From Nitrospirales bacterium (GTDB taxonomy: Bacteria > Nitrospirota > Nitrospiria > Nitrospirales > UBA8639): a stretch of DNA of 64,000 bases. The first letter of the stretch is position 1, and every line of letters starts with the position of its first letter. Shown here piece after piece: positions 27,701 through 41,251 of the stretch. Under the pieces are notes generated by a model. The model saw only the letters and a list, made by a program, of their open reading frames with translations, had not been told where the DNA came from and ran no database searches. Position numbers and translations under genes: made by a program. Where the stretch lies: assembly GCA_965203295.1 (NCBI GenBank), contig CBDBCZ010000018.1:1408001-1472000 (forward strand), read 5' to 3'.

Positions 27701-30700
27701 AGGATCGTTACAGCCTCATTACTAAGACCAGCTAAGAACTAGTATGATGAATTTTTAATTTGGATACTGGTATAGTTAATTCTATGTGGAGAGTGCGTAC
27801 AGTCTTCGGGTGCTCTCTCCCTCCCCGCCCCACAAATGATGTCACCTAAGGAAGTGTGGATCCCTTCTTCAAGTTGTAACGTACAAAGATTCAAAGATCT
27901 GAGTCATCTACTACAAGTATGTGCGTTCATGAGATCTAGGATACAAAAATAGCCCGCAAAAGACACATGGTGCTACATGTACATGTAATGGGATGAAAAG
28001 TGGCACTTTAAGCACCATTGTAAATTCTCTAAAGAGCGAGTGAAAACTCTCTGACCTAAATGCATTTAAGACCTCTCCACACTAGTAGCTAACTGTGATA
28101 CAGGTTTAGAAGACTTGCTAGGAAGATATCTTCTCTGCTCGTCTTGAAATCTCATCAAAGGTCAGAAGGCATCTCAAACTCTGGTTAGCTAGCACCGTCA
28201 GGAACACCCCATCAGCACATGCTCAAAATAACACTCAAGCACAGTTCTTAGGACTGTTACAGCCTCATTACTAAGACCAGCTATAAACTAGTAAAGTGAA
28301 TTTTTGATTGGGAAACTGGTGTACGTAATTTGACTATATGTGGAGAGTACATACAGTTTCCGAGTGCTCCCCACCCACTTCCTCGACAAGTTGTATCACC
28401 TAATGGGAAGTCCAAATCTCTTTTTCAAGTTGCAACGTACAAACTAATATCTCTCTCTAGTACAAGATTCCTATACTGCTGTCATCATCAGTGGTAGAGT
28501 GAGGTGTAACTAAAGTACTGCTTGAAACAAGGCTAAGTGGTGAATAATTAAAAACGAGCGAATAATTAGGATAGGAGGAAAAAGAGGACTGAAACAAAAC
28601 AGGGAATAGAGTCAGGTACAGCGGGAAGGCAAGATTAGTGAATTGTAGGCCTGATGGACAAGACCAAGTTCCTTGTTGATGGGATGGTGCTATGATTGGA
28701 TGTGCCATACCCGAATGGTACATCATTGGCTAAGGCCAGGGTTGGAATCTGTAACATCCACTTCACTCCATGTAATGCGGTGGTACTTCACCATTGCATG
28801 CTCAGCAAGGATAGATCTGAGTCATCTAATACAAATATGTGCCTTCATAACAGTCTAGGTAGCGTACATAGCTGTAGAAAAACACATGGTGCTAGTGGGA
28901 TGAAAAGCAAGTGAAAATTCTCAGCCATACATAATATGCAAGGCTTCTCCACAATAGTACGTAGCTATTTCTGATACATGTTAAGAAAACTTACTAGCAA
29001 GAAAGATTGACTACAAATTAGTGCATTCATGTCAATCTAGGAAATAAAAATACCCAGCGAAAGACACATGGTGCTAAAGGGCTGAAAAGTGGCACTTAAG
29101 CACCATTGTGCATTCTCCAATGAGCAAGTGAAAATTCTCAGACATAAATGTATTTAAGACCTCTCTATAAAAGCAGCTATCTGTGATACAGGTTTAGATG
29201 ACTTGTTAGCAAGGTATCTTCTCTGCTCACCTTGTAATCTCATTAAAGTTCAGAGGGCGTCTCATATCCTGGAGAACTAGCGCTGTCAGGACCACTCTAT
29301 CTTCACCTGCTCAAAATAACACTCATGCAAAGTTTTTAAGATTGGTACAGCATCAATACTAAGACCAGCTAAGAACTAGTAAAATGAATTTTTAATTTGG
29401 ATACCGGCATACGTAATTAGACTATATGTGGAGAGTGCTTACAATCTCCGGGTGCTCCCCACCCACCCCCTCGACAAATGGTGTCACCTAATGAGAAGTG
29501 TAAATTCCTTCTTCAAGTTGCAACGTACAAAAGTTCAAAGATCCGAGTCATCTACTACAAGTATGTGCGTTAATGACAGTCTAGGATGCGAAAATAGCCA
29601 GCGAAAGACACATGGTGCTAACGAGATAAAAAGTGGCACTTAAGCAACATTGTGCAATTCACACAGTATTATCTATCTCTGGTACAAGATTACTATACAG
29701 CTGTCAACATCAGGGGTAGAGTGAGGTGTTACAAAAGTACTGCTTGAAACAAGGGAAAGTAGTGAATAATTAAAAACGAGCGAATAATTAGGATAGGAGG
29801 GAAATGAGGACTGAAACAAAACAGGAAATAGAGTCAGGTACATCGGGGAGGCTGGATTAGTTAATTGTAGGACTGATGGACAAGACAAAGTTCCTTGTTG
29901 CTGGGATGGTTCTATGATTGGATGTGCCATACCCGAATGGTACATCAATGGCTAAGGCCAGGGTTGGAATCCATAACATCCGCCTCACTCGGTACTTCAC
30001 CATTGCATGCTCAGCATGGATAGATATGATTCGTCTAATACAAATATGTGCCTTCATGACAGTCTAGGAGGCGAACATAGCCGTAAAAACACACATTGTG
30101 CTAGTGGGATGAAAAGTGGCACTTTAAGCACCATTGTGAATTCTCCAAACAACAAGTGAAAATCCTCAGCCATACATATATGCAAGGCCTCTCCACAATA
30201 GTAGCTATTTCTGATACAGGTTAAGATAATTTGCTAGCAAGAAAGATCTGCATCATAAACTACAAATTAGTGCATTCATGACAATTAAGGAAATAAAAAT
30301 ACCCAGCTAAAGACACATGGTGCTAAAGGGTTGAAAAGTTGCGCATAAGCACCATTGTAAATTCTCTAAAGAGCGAGTGAAAACTCTCGGACCTAAATGC
30401 ATTTAAGACCTCTCTACAATAGTAGCTATCTGTGATACAGGTTTTGAAGGCTTGCTAGCAAGGTATCTTCTCTGCTCAACTTGAAATGTCACCAAAGGTC
30501 AGAGGGCATCTCAAACCCTGGAGAACTAGCGCTGTCAGGAACACCCCATCAGTACATGCTCAAGATAACAACACTCAAGCACAGTTCTTAGGATCGTTAC
30601 AGCCTCATTACTAAGACCAGCTAAGAACTAGTATGATAAATTTTTAATTTGGATACTGGTATAGTTAATTCTATGTGGAGAGTGCGTACAGTCTTCGGGT

Positions 30701-33700
30701 GCTCTCTCCCTCCCCGGCCCACAAATGGTGTCACCTAAGGAAGTGTGGATCCCTTCTTCAAGTTGTAACGTACAAAGATTCAAAGATCTGAGTCATCTAC
30801 CACAAGTATGTGCGTTCATGAGATCTAGGATACAAAAATAGCCCGCAAAAGACACATGGTGCTACATGTACATGTAATGGGATGAAAAGTGGCACTTTAA
30901 GCACCATTTTAAATTCTCTAAAGAGCGAGTGAAAACTCTCTGACCTAAATGCATTTAAGACCTCTCCACAATAGTAGCTAACTGTGATACAGGTTTAGAA
31001 GACTTGCTAGGAAGATATCTTCTCTGCTCGTCTTGAAATCTCATCAAAGGTCAGAAGGCATCTCAAACTCTGGTTAGCTAGCACCGTCAGGAACACCCCA
31101 TCAGCACATGCCCAAGATAACACTCAAGCACAGTTCTTAGGACTGTTACAGCCTCATTACTAAGACCAGCTACGTATAAACTAGTAAAGTGAATTTTTGA
31201 TTGGGATACTGGTGTACGTAATTAGACTATATGTGGAGAGTACATACAGTTTCCGAGTGCTCCCCACCCACTTCCTCGACAAGTTGTATCACCTAATGAG
31301 AAGTGTAAATCCCTTTTTCAAGTTGCAACGTACAAACTTTCAAAGATCCTAGTCATCTACTACAAGTATGTGCATTAAAGACAGTCTAGGAGGCGAAAAT
31401 AGCCAGCGAAAGACACATGGTGCTAATGGGATAAAAAGTGCCACTTAAGCACCATTGTGCAATTTCCACAGTAATATCACTCTCTAGTACAAGATTCCTA
31501 TACTGCTGTCATCATCAGTGGTAGAGTGAGGTGTAACTAAAGTACTGCTTGAAACAAGGCTAAGTGGTGAATAATTAAAAACGAGCGAATAATTAGGATA
31601 GGAGGAAAAAGAGGACTGAAACAAAACAGGGAATAGAGTCAGGTACAGCGGGGAGGCTGGATTAGTGAATTGTAGGCCTGATGGACAAGACCAAGTTTCT
31701 TGTTGATGGGATGGTGCTATGATTTGATGTGCCATACCCGAATGGTACATCATTGGCTAAGGCCATGGTTGGAATTCGTAACATCCACCTCACTCCATGT
31801 AATGCTGTGGTGCTTCACCATTGATTGCTCAGCAAGGATAGATCTGAGTCATCTACTACAAATATGTGCCTTCATGAGTTTAGGTAGCGAACATAGCTGT
31901 AGAAAGACACATGGTTCTAGTGGGATGAAAAGTGGCACTTTAAGCACCATTGTGCATTCTCCAAACAGCAAGTGAAAATTCTCAGCCATACATATATGCA
32001 AGGCCTTTCCACAATAGTAGGTATTTCTGATATAGGTTAAGAAAACTTGCTAGCAAGAAAGATCTGCATCATCGACTACAAATTAGTGCATTCATGACAA
32101 TCTAGGAAATAAAAATACCAACGAAAGACACATGATGCTAAAGGGCTGAAAAGTGGCACTTAAGCACCATTGCGAATTCTCCAAAGGGCAAGTGAAAATT
32201 CTCAGACATAAATGCATTTAAGACCTCTTCACAATAGTAGCTATCTGTGATACAGATTTAGATGACTAGTTAGCAATTTATTTTATCTGCTCGCCTTGTA
32301 ATCTTATCAAAGGTCAGAGAGCATCTCAAACCCTGGTGAAGTTGCACCGTCAGGACCACCCCATCAGCACCTGCTCAAAATAACACTCAAGCACAGTTCT
32401 TAGTATTATTACACTCTCATTACTAAGACCAGCGAAACACTAGTAAAAAAGAATTTAATTTGAATACTGGCATAATTAGACTATGTGGAAGGTGCATACA
32501 GTCTCCGGGTGCTCCCCACACCCCCCCCCCCCCCCCCACAAGTGGTGTCACCTAAAGAGAAGTGCAAATCCCTTCTTCAAGTTGTAACGTACAAACGTTC
32601 GAATATCCGAGTCATCTACTACAAGTATGAGCATTAATGACAGTCTAGGATGCAAAAATAGCCAGTGAAAGACACATGGTGCTAACGGGATAAAAAGTGT
32701 CACTTAAGCACCATTGTGCAATTTCCACAGTATTATCTATCTCTGGTACAAGATTACTATACAGCTGTCATCATCAGGGTTAGAGTGAGGCATTACAAAA
32801 GTACTGTTTGAAACAAGGCAAAGTGGTGAATAATTAAAAATGAGTGAATAATTAGGATAGGAGGGAAAAGAGGACTGAAACAAAACAGGGAATAGAGTCA
32901 GGTACAGCGGGGAGGCAAGATTAGTGAATTCTAGGGCTGATGGACAAGACCAAGTTCCTTGTTGATGGGATGGTGCTATGATTGGATGTGCCATACCCGA
33001 ATGGTACATCATTGGCTAAGTCCAGGGTTGAAATTCGTAACATCCACCTCACTCCATGTAATGCGGTGGTGCTTCACCATTGCATGCTCAGCAAGGATAG
33101 AACTGAGTCATCTACTACAAATATGTGCCTTCATGAGTCTAGGTAGCGAACATAGCTGTAGAAAGACACATGGTGCTAGTGGGATGAAAAGTGGCACTTT
33201 AAGAACCATTGTGCATTCTCCAAACAGCAAGTGAAAATTCTCAGCCATATATATATGCAAGGCCTTTCCACAATAGTAGGTATTTCTGATACAGGTTAAG
33301 AAAACTTGCTAGAAAGAAAGATCTGCATAAACGACTGCAAATTAGTGCATTCATGTCAATCTAGGAAATAAAAATACCCAGCGAAAGACACATGGTGCTA
33401 AAGGGATGAAAAGTGGCATTTAAGCACCATTGTGAATTCTCCAATGATCAAGTGAAAATTCTCGGACATAAATGCATTTAAGACCTCTCCACAATTGTAG
33501 CTATCTGTGATACAGGTTTAGATGACTTGTTAGCAAGGTATCTTCTCTGCTCACCTTGTAATCTCATTAAAGGTCAGAGGGCGTCTCAAACCCTGGAGAA
33601 CTATATAGTGCTGTCAGGACCACTCTATCCTCACCTGCTCAAAATAACACTCATGCAAAGTTCTTAGGATTGTTACAGCCTCAATACTAAGACCAGCTAA

Positions 33701-36700
33701 GAACTAGCAAAATGGATTTTAATTTGGATACTGGCATACGTAATTAGACTATATGTGGAGAGTGCATACCGTCTCTTGGTGCTCCCCACCCACCCCCTCG
33801 ACAAATGGTGTCACCTAATGAGAAGTGTAAATTCCTTCTTCAAGTTGCAACGTACAAAAGTTCAAAGATACGAGTCATCTACTACAAGTATGAGCATTAA
33901 TGACAGTCTAGGATGCGAAAATAGCCAGCGAAAGACACATGGTGCTAACAAGATAAAAAGTGGCACTTAAGCACCATTGTGCAATTCATACAGTATTATC
34001 TATCTCTGGTACAAGATTACTATACAGCTGTTAACATCAGGGGTAGAGTGAGGTGTTACAAAAGTACTTCTTGAAACAAGGGAAAGTAGTGAATAATTAA
34101 AAACGAGCGAATAATTAGGATAGGAGGGAAATGAGGACAAACAAAACAGGAAATAGAGTCAGGTACAGCGGGGAGGCTGGATTAGTGAATTGTAGGCCTG
34201 ATGGACAAGACCAAGTTCCTTGTTGATGGGATGGTTCTATAATTGGATGTGCCATACCCGAATGGTACATCATTGGCTAAGGCCAGGGTTGGAATCCGTA
34301 CATCCACCTCACTCGGTGCTTCACCATTGCATGCTCAGCAAGGATAGATACGAGTCATCTAATACAAATATGTGCTTTCATGACAGTCTAGGAGGCGACA
34401 TAGCCGTAGAAAGACACATGGTGCTAGTGGGATGAAAAGTGGCACTTTAAGTACCATTGTGCATTCTCAAAACAGCAAGTGAAATTTTTCAGCCATACAT
34501 ATATCAAGCCCTCTCCCCAATAGTAGCTATTTCTGATACAGGTTAAGAAAACTTGCTAGCAAGAAAGATCTACATTATCAACTACAAATTAGTGCATTCA
34601 TGACAATTTAGAAAATAAAAATACCCACATGGTGCTAAAGGGCTGAAAAGTGGCACTTAAGCACCATTGTGAATTCTCCAAGCAAGTGAAAATTCTCAGA
34701 CATAAATGCATTTAAGACCTCTCCACAATAGTAGCTATCTGTGATACAGATTTTGAAGACTTGCTAGCACGGTATCTTCTCTGCTCAACTTGAAATGTCA
34801 CCAAAGGTCAGAGGGCATCTCAAACCCTGGAGAACTAGCGCTGTCAGGAACACCCCTTCAGTACATGCTCAAGATAACAACACTCAAACAGAGTTCTTAG
34901 GATTCTTACAGCCTTAATACTAAGACCAGCTAAGAACTAGTATGATGAATTTTTAGTTTGGATACTGGTATAGTTAATTCTATGTGGAGAGTGCGTACAG
35001 TCTTCGGGTGCTCTCTCCCTCCCCGGCCCACAAATGGTGTCACCTAAGGAAGTGTGGATCCCTTCTTCAAGTTGCAACGTACAAAGATTCAAAGATCTGA
35101 GTCATCTACCACAAGTATGTGCGTTCATGAGATCTAGGATACAAAAATAGCCCGCAAAAGACACATGGTGCTACAAGTACCTGTAATGGGATGAAAAGTG
35201 GCACTTTAAGCACCATTGTAAATTCTCTAAAGAGCGAGTGAAAACTCTCTGACCTAAATGCATTTAAGACCTCTCCACAATAGTAGCTAACTGTGATACA
35301 GGTTTAGAAGAATTGTTAGCAAGGTATCTTCTCTGCTCGTCTTGAAATCTCATCAAAGGTCAGAAGGCATCTCAAACTCTGGTTAACTAGCACCGTCAGG
35401 AACACCCCATCAGCACATGCCCAAGATAACACTCAAGCACAGTTCTTAGGACTGTTACAGCCTCATTACTGAGACCAGCTATAAACTAGTAAAATGAATT
35501 TTAAATTGGAATACTGGTGTACGTAATTAGACTATATGTGGAGAGTGCATACAGTCTCCGGTGCTCCCCATGCACCCACCCCCTCGACAAATGGTGTCAC
35601 CTAATGAGAAGTGTAAATTCCTTCTTCAAGTTGCAACGAACAAAAGTTCAAAGATCCTAGTCACCTACTACAAGTATGTGCATTAAAGAAAGTCTAGGAG
35701 GCGAAAATAGCCAGCGAAAGACACATGGTGCTAATGGGATAAAAAGTTGCACTTAAGCACCATTGTGCAATTTCGACAGTAATATCACTCTCTGGTAGAA
35801 GATTACTATACAGTGGTCATCATCAGTGGTAGAGTGAGGTGTAACTAAAGTACTGCTTGAAACAAGGCAAAGTGGTGAATAATTAAAAACGAGCGAATAA
35901 TTAGGATAGGAGGGAAAAGAGGACTGAAACAAAACAGGGAATAGAGTCAGGTACAGCGGGAAGGCAAGATTAGTGAATTGTAGGGCTGATGGACAAGACC
36001 AAGTTCCTTGTTGATGGGATATGGTGCTATGATTGGCTGTGCCATACCCGAGTGGTACATCATTGGCTAAGACCAGGGTTGGAATCCGTAACATCCACCT
36101 CACTTAATGTAATACTGTGGTGCTTCACCATTGCATGCTCAGCAAGGATAGATCTGAGTCGTCTAATACAAATATGTGTCTTCATGAGTCTAGGTAGCGC
36201 ACATAGCTGTAGAAAGACACATGGTGCTAGTGGGATGAAAAGTGGCACTTTATGCACCATTGTGCATTCTCCAAACATCAAGTGAAAATTCTCAGACATA
36301 AATGCATTTAAGACCTCTCCACAATAGTAGCTATCTGTGATACAGGTTTAGATGACTTGCTAGCAAGGTATCTTCTCTGCTCACCTTGTAAATTCATTAA
36401 AAGTCAGAGGGCATCTCAAACCCTGGAGAACTAGCGCTGTCAGGACCACTCTATCCTCACCTGCTCAAAATAACACACATGCAGAGTTCTTAGGATTGTT
36501 ACAGCCTCAATACTAAGACCAGCTAAGAACTAGCAAAATGGATTTTTAATTTGGATACTGGCATACGTAATTAGACTATAATTATGTGGAGAGTGCATAC
36601 AGTCTCCGGTGCTCCCCACCCACCCCCTCGACAAATGGTGTCACCTAATGAGAAGTGTATATTCCTTCTTCAAGTTTCAACGAACAAAAGTTCAAAGATC

Positions 36701-38107
36701 CTAGTCATCTACTACAAGTATGTGCATTAATGACCTTCTAGGATACGAAAATAGCCAGCGAAAGACACATGGTGCTAATGGGATAAAAAGTGGCACTTAA
36801 GCACCACTGTGCAATTCCCACAGTATTCTTTATCTCTGGTACAAGATTACTATACAGCTGTCAACATCAGGGGTAGAGTGAGGTGTTACAAAAGTACTGC
36901 TTGAAACAGGGGAAAGTTGTGAATAAATAGAAACGAGCGAATACTTAGGATAGGAGGGAAATGAGGACTGAAACAAAACAGGGAATAGAGTCAGGTACAG
37001 TGGGGAGGCTGGATTAGTGAACTGTAGGCCTGATGGACAAGACCAAGTTCCTTGTTGATGGGATGGTGCTATGATTTGATGTCCCATACCAGAATGGTAC
37101 ATGATTGGCTAAGGCCAGGGTTGGAATTTGTAACATCCACCTCACTCAATGTAAAGCTGTGGTGCTTCACCATTGCATGCTCAGCAAGAATAGATCTGAG
37201 TCATCTACTACAAATATGTGCCTTCATGACAGTCTAGGAAGCGATCGTAGCTGTAGAAAGACACATGGTACTAGTGGGATGAAAAGTGGTACCTTAAGCA
37301 CCATTGTGCATTCTCCGAACAGCAAGTGAAAATTCTCAGCCATACATATATGCAAGACCTCTCCACAATAGTAGCTATTTCTGATACAGGTTAAAAAAAC
37401 TTGCTAGCAAGAAAGATCTGCATCATCGACTACAAATTAGTGCATTCATGACAATTTAGAAAATAAAAATACCCAGAGAAAGACACATGGCGCTAAAGGG
37501 CTGAAAAGTGGCACTTAAGCACCATTGTGAATTCTCCAAGCAAGTGAAAATTCTCAGACATAAATGCATTTAAGACCTCTCCACAATAGTAGCTATCTGT
37601 GATACAGGTTTAGATGACTTGCTAGCAAGGTATCTTCTCTGCTCAACTTAAAAAATGTCACCAAAGGTCAGAGGGCATCTCAAACCCTGGAGAACTAGCG
37701 CTGTCAGGAACACCCCATCAGTACATGCTCAAGATAACAACACTCAAGCACAGTTCTTAGGATTCTTACTGCCTCATTACTAAGACCAGCTAATTTTAAT
37801 TTGGATACTGGTATAGTTAATTCTATGTGGAGAGTGCGTACAGTCTTCGGGTGCTCTCTCCCTCCCCGGCCCACAAATGGTGTCACCTAAGGAAGTGTGG
37901 ATCCCTTCTTCAAGTTGCAACGTACAAACATTCAAAGATCTGAGTCATCTACTACAAGTATGTGCGTTCATGAGATCTAGGATACAAAAATAGCCCGTAA
38001 AAGACACATGGTGCTACATATAATGGGATGAAAAGTGGCACTTTAAGCACAATTGTAAATTCTCTAAAGAGCGAGTGAAAACTCTCTGACCTAAATGTAT
38101 TTAAGAT
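15752..38107 (-). repeat. Higher-order satellite array, right arm (opposite orientation)
   Basis: The same subunits, reverse-complemented. There is a ~1469 bp period (ORF-track copies at 20361 and 21830, and at 21585 and 23054) and ~2.9-3.0 kb super-units between 26500 and 32400. Confidence 0.95.
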
Positions 38108-38285
38108 CTCTAGGTGTCTTTTCTTCCCGATGTGCATATTGAGTGGTGTCTAGCTGACCAACACAGGTGATGTCACAGTCAGCACACGGGATTCGGTACA
38201 CGACTCCCTTCCTCTGGTCAACTTTACTGGATCTTTCGGAAGGACAAGGATGTTGGGCAAGGTCATGAGATTTCGGAAACATGTC
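38108..38285 (-). mobile_element. Penelope-like GIY-YIG endonuclease N-terminal fragment (mirror copy, ~50 bp longer)
   Basis: ORF track 38091..38282 reads DQRKGVVYRIPCADCDITCVGQ. Confidence 0.7.
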
Positions 38286-40900
38286 ATGATCTGGATGGGG
38301 TTAAAAATCCCAAAAGTCAGCATCATGTACGTACTACAAATATTTGCAGCATGCGAATTTAAAAAAGGAAAATAACCAGCGAAAGACTCATGGTGCTATT
38401 TTGATGAATTTAAAACCATTGCACATTATCCACCCCACAAATTAAAATCCACAGCCCTAAGAATAGTAGCTATCTCAGGTACAAGATTACTGCTATCTAG
38501 GAATCTTCTCTTCTCACCTGCAAATATCATTCACAGACAGTTTCAAACTCTGGTGCACCAGTCTTGTTAGGAACACCATACACCTGAGCAGGTAAAAATA
38601 ATCATTCATGCACAGGATTTTTCAGCCTCATTACTAAGACCAGCTTTGAATTGTATTTAAAACGGATGCTGAGAAAAAAGTATGTGGAGAGTACATACAG
38701 CCTTAGGGTGCTCCCCTTTTTGAAGAGGTGCCTCTTAGGAGAGATGTGAATACTTTCTTCAAGTTGGCAATTTAAGCACCGTTGCGCATTTTCCATCGAG
38801 CAAGTGAAAATCCCCGGCCACAAGACATCTCCATAACGGCAGCTATCTCTGGTACAAGATGTTAGCAAAGAAACTTTTTTTCTCACCTGTGAATCTGATC
38901 AAGACTCGAGCAAACTCCAGTGCACCAGTCCCGTGCAGAACATCACATGCGTACCTGCACAGATGGAAATTATCGCTTATGCACACTTTTTACAGCATTT
39001 TTACTAAGAACTAGTTAAATGGATTTATAGTTTGAGAGACTACAAAAAAATCAATCATGTGGAGAGTACATAGAGTCTTACGGTGCTCCCCCCCCTTAAG
39101 TGGTGCCTACTTCAAGTGGCAACACACAAAGTATCGAAGCTCTGTGTCATTTACTACAAATACATGCATGCATGCAGATGCATAAGAATAATTTTAGGAA
39201 ATGAAAATAGCGGGCGAAAGACACATGGTGCTAATGCAATAAAATGCGGCAATTTAAGCACCACTGTGCATTTCCATTGAGCAAGTGAAAATTCCAAGCC
39301 ATAAGACATCTCAACAATAGTACCTATCTCTGGCATGAGATGGGAAAATTTGCTAGCAAGGAATCTTCTCTACTTACCTGTAAAGCTCTCCTAAAAGACC
39401 CGCAGCAATTTCAAACTGCAGTGCACCAGTCCTGTGAGGAACACCATACACCTGCACAGGTGGAAATTATCGCTTGTGCATAGATTTTAGGAGTATTATA
39501 GCATTATCACTATGACCAGCTAACAACTATATAAATGTATTTATAGTTAGGACGACTAAGAAAAATCAATTGTTATATTTACCATACAAATTCTAATTTT
39601 TCGCCCTCTAATTATTTGGCACACCCCAGTTTTCCACAATTTATTTTTTTCAACAAATTTGTGGGCCCTTTTTGAAATATTTTTCTAATATTTGCCAGCT
39701 GCTGCATGCTAGCAGTAATACTTATGAGTACGTCAGTAGGAATGCCCATGAGTGTGACTGGCTGATACAGAAAGCCGTACCAAGGACAAGGAGGCGGCCC
39801 AACTTACCTGAACACACGCTGTTTCTTATGAAGACTAGCGTGTGTGCATAACCTTATAGCCTATTGTAGCTAGATCTTTGTCTGCTGTGTGTGCGCACGT
39901 TTGTTGATATGCTACCACTGCTGAGCACTGTAGTCTGCAGAAGTAGCAAAAGTGGAAGAGAGCATGAAGAGTTCCTGGCCCGTGTAATAGAAGTGCCTGC
40001 CGTGTTGTCTATTGAATGTTTTACAATGCTCAGACGTGCTGTCAGTATTTCAGACTAATCTTCTATTTATTCGTCACCACTCATAAAAATTCCTTTCAAT
40101 CAATTCGTCAACCCAAAATGAAATTATTTCATTTGAACGAATAATTAGAAATTATATGGTATGCACTCTTGGGAAAGTACGTACAGTCTTAGGGTGCTCT
40201 CCCCCCTTCAGTGGTGCCCCTTAGGAGAGATCAAGTTGCAATGCACAAAGGGTTATAAGCAATCTCCACAATAGTAGCTATCTCCCGTACAAGATTTGTT
40301 AGTGAGGAATCTTCTCCTCTCCCCTACTAATCTCACCAAAGTCCCGAGGGTACTGTTCCTATATGAAACACCATTTGCGCACCTGGGAAGGTAGATGTTA
40401 TTACTCATGCACAGATATTAGGAGTTGTACAGCCTCTAATTATCACTAATGGCATGCACAATGCAAGATATCTACACTCCCAAGTGTAGCTACGGGTAAA
40501 GATTTAGAAACGTACACTCCCAAGTAGCTAATTGTAATTCTACTCAACACACGTTGCCTTCACATTTAAACTAACCTTCCTTCCGTGATACATGGACCAT
40601 TTGGAGAAAAAACAATCACAGACTGTCAGTATCATCTGCAAGTTTCACAGTAATAATTATCAAGTTAATTAACCCTTCTAGTGCGGTATTAGCTTAGGAC
40701 TGCAGACTGCCTCCTAGAGATTTGCTGCTGCGTGGCCAAGTGAAGGAGCCAGGCCGCGGTAGTGTAGTGTTCTTGAGAGAGTGAAAGTGTCAGAAGTCAC
40801 TGCAAGTGCAGAGCGTGAAAGAAGCAGCCGCGTTTTGCAAGGAGGACGCGTGGTGCTTATGTCGGGTACTTACCGCTTTTTGTATACGTATAATACCTCG

Positions 40901-41100
40901 GACTGCCTCCGGCCTCCTAGAGATTTGCTGCTGCGTGGCCAAGTGAAGGAGCCAGGCCGCGGTAGTGTAGTGTTCTTGAGAGAGTGAAAGTGTCAGAAGT
41001 CACTGCAAGTGCAGAGCGTGAAAGAAGCAGCCGCGTTTTGCAAGGAGGACGCGTGGTGCTTATGTCGGGTACTTACCGCTTTTTGTATACGTATAATACC
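40901..41100 (+). repeat. Tandem duplication of the right-arm tip (~195 bp)
   Basis: Direct copy of 40705-40897 with a short ggcctcc stutter at the junction. Confidence 0.95.
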
Positions 41101-41251
41101 AGCTGTTGGTACTTTCCAAATATCGCGTACTTCGAGGTCCATAAAATAAATCGGGGGGCCAGGACAGCCAAAATCACCGCTCGGCGGATGAGATAGTAAC
41201 GGAAGTGACTCGGCGGATAACTTGAAGCTAGTCCACCACGATGAATGCAAC

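Larger units (their letters stand above)
3212..40899. repeat. Giant inverted repeat / foldback structure (~37.7 kb)
   Basis: 3212-~5950 is the near-identical reverse complement of ~38100-40899. The internal satellite variants are mirrored, for example the G-run at ~9530 and the C-run at ~32520. Confidence 0.95.

Noticed and set aside
5950..38100. Dozens of 60-115 aa ORFs (MMYHSGMAHP..., MLMGWCYDW..., ...RKTHGA...) as a tandem gene family
   Set aside because: They are overlapping frames on both strands of satellite units, with variable stops and frameshifts. The only recognisable protein signal is the stop-containing Penelope frame.
5950..38100. CRISPR-like array
   Set aside because: The sequences between the conserved cores are themselves repeated rather than unique spacers. 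The context is eukaryotic and there are no cas genes.
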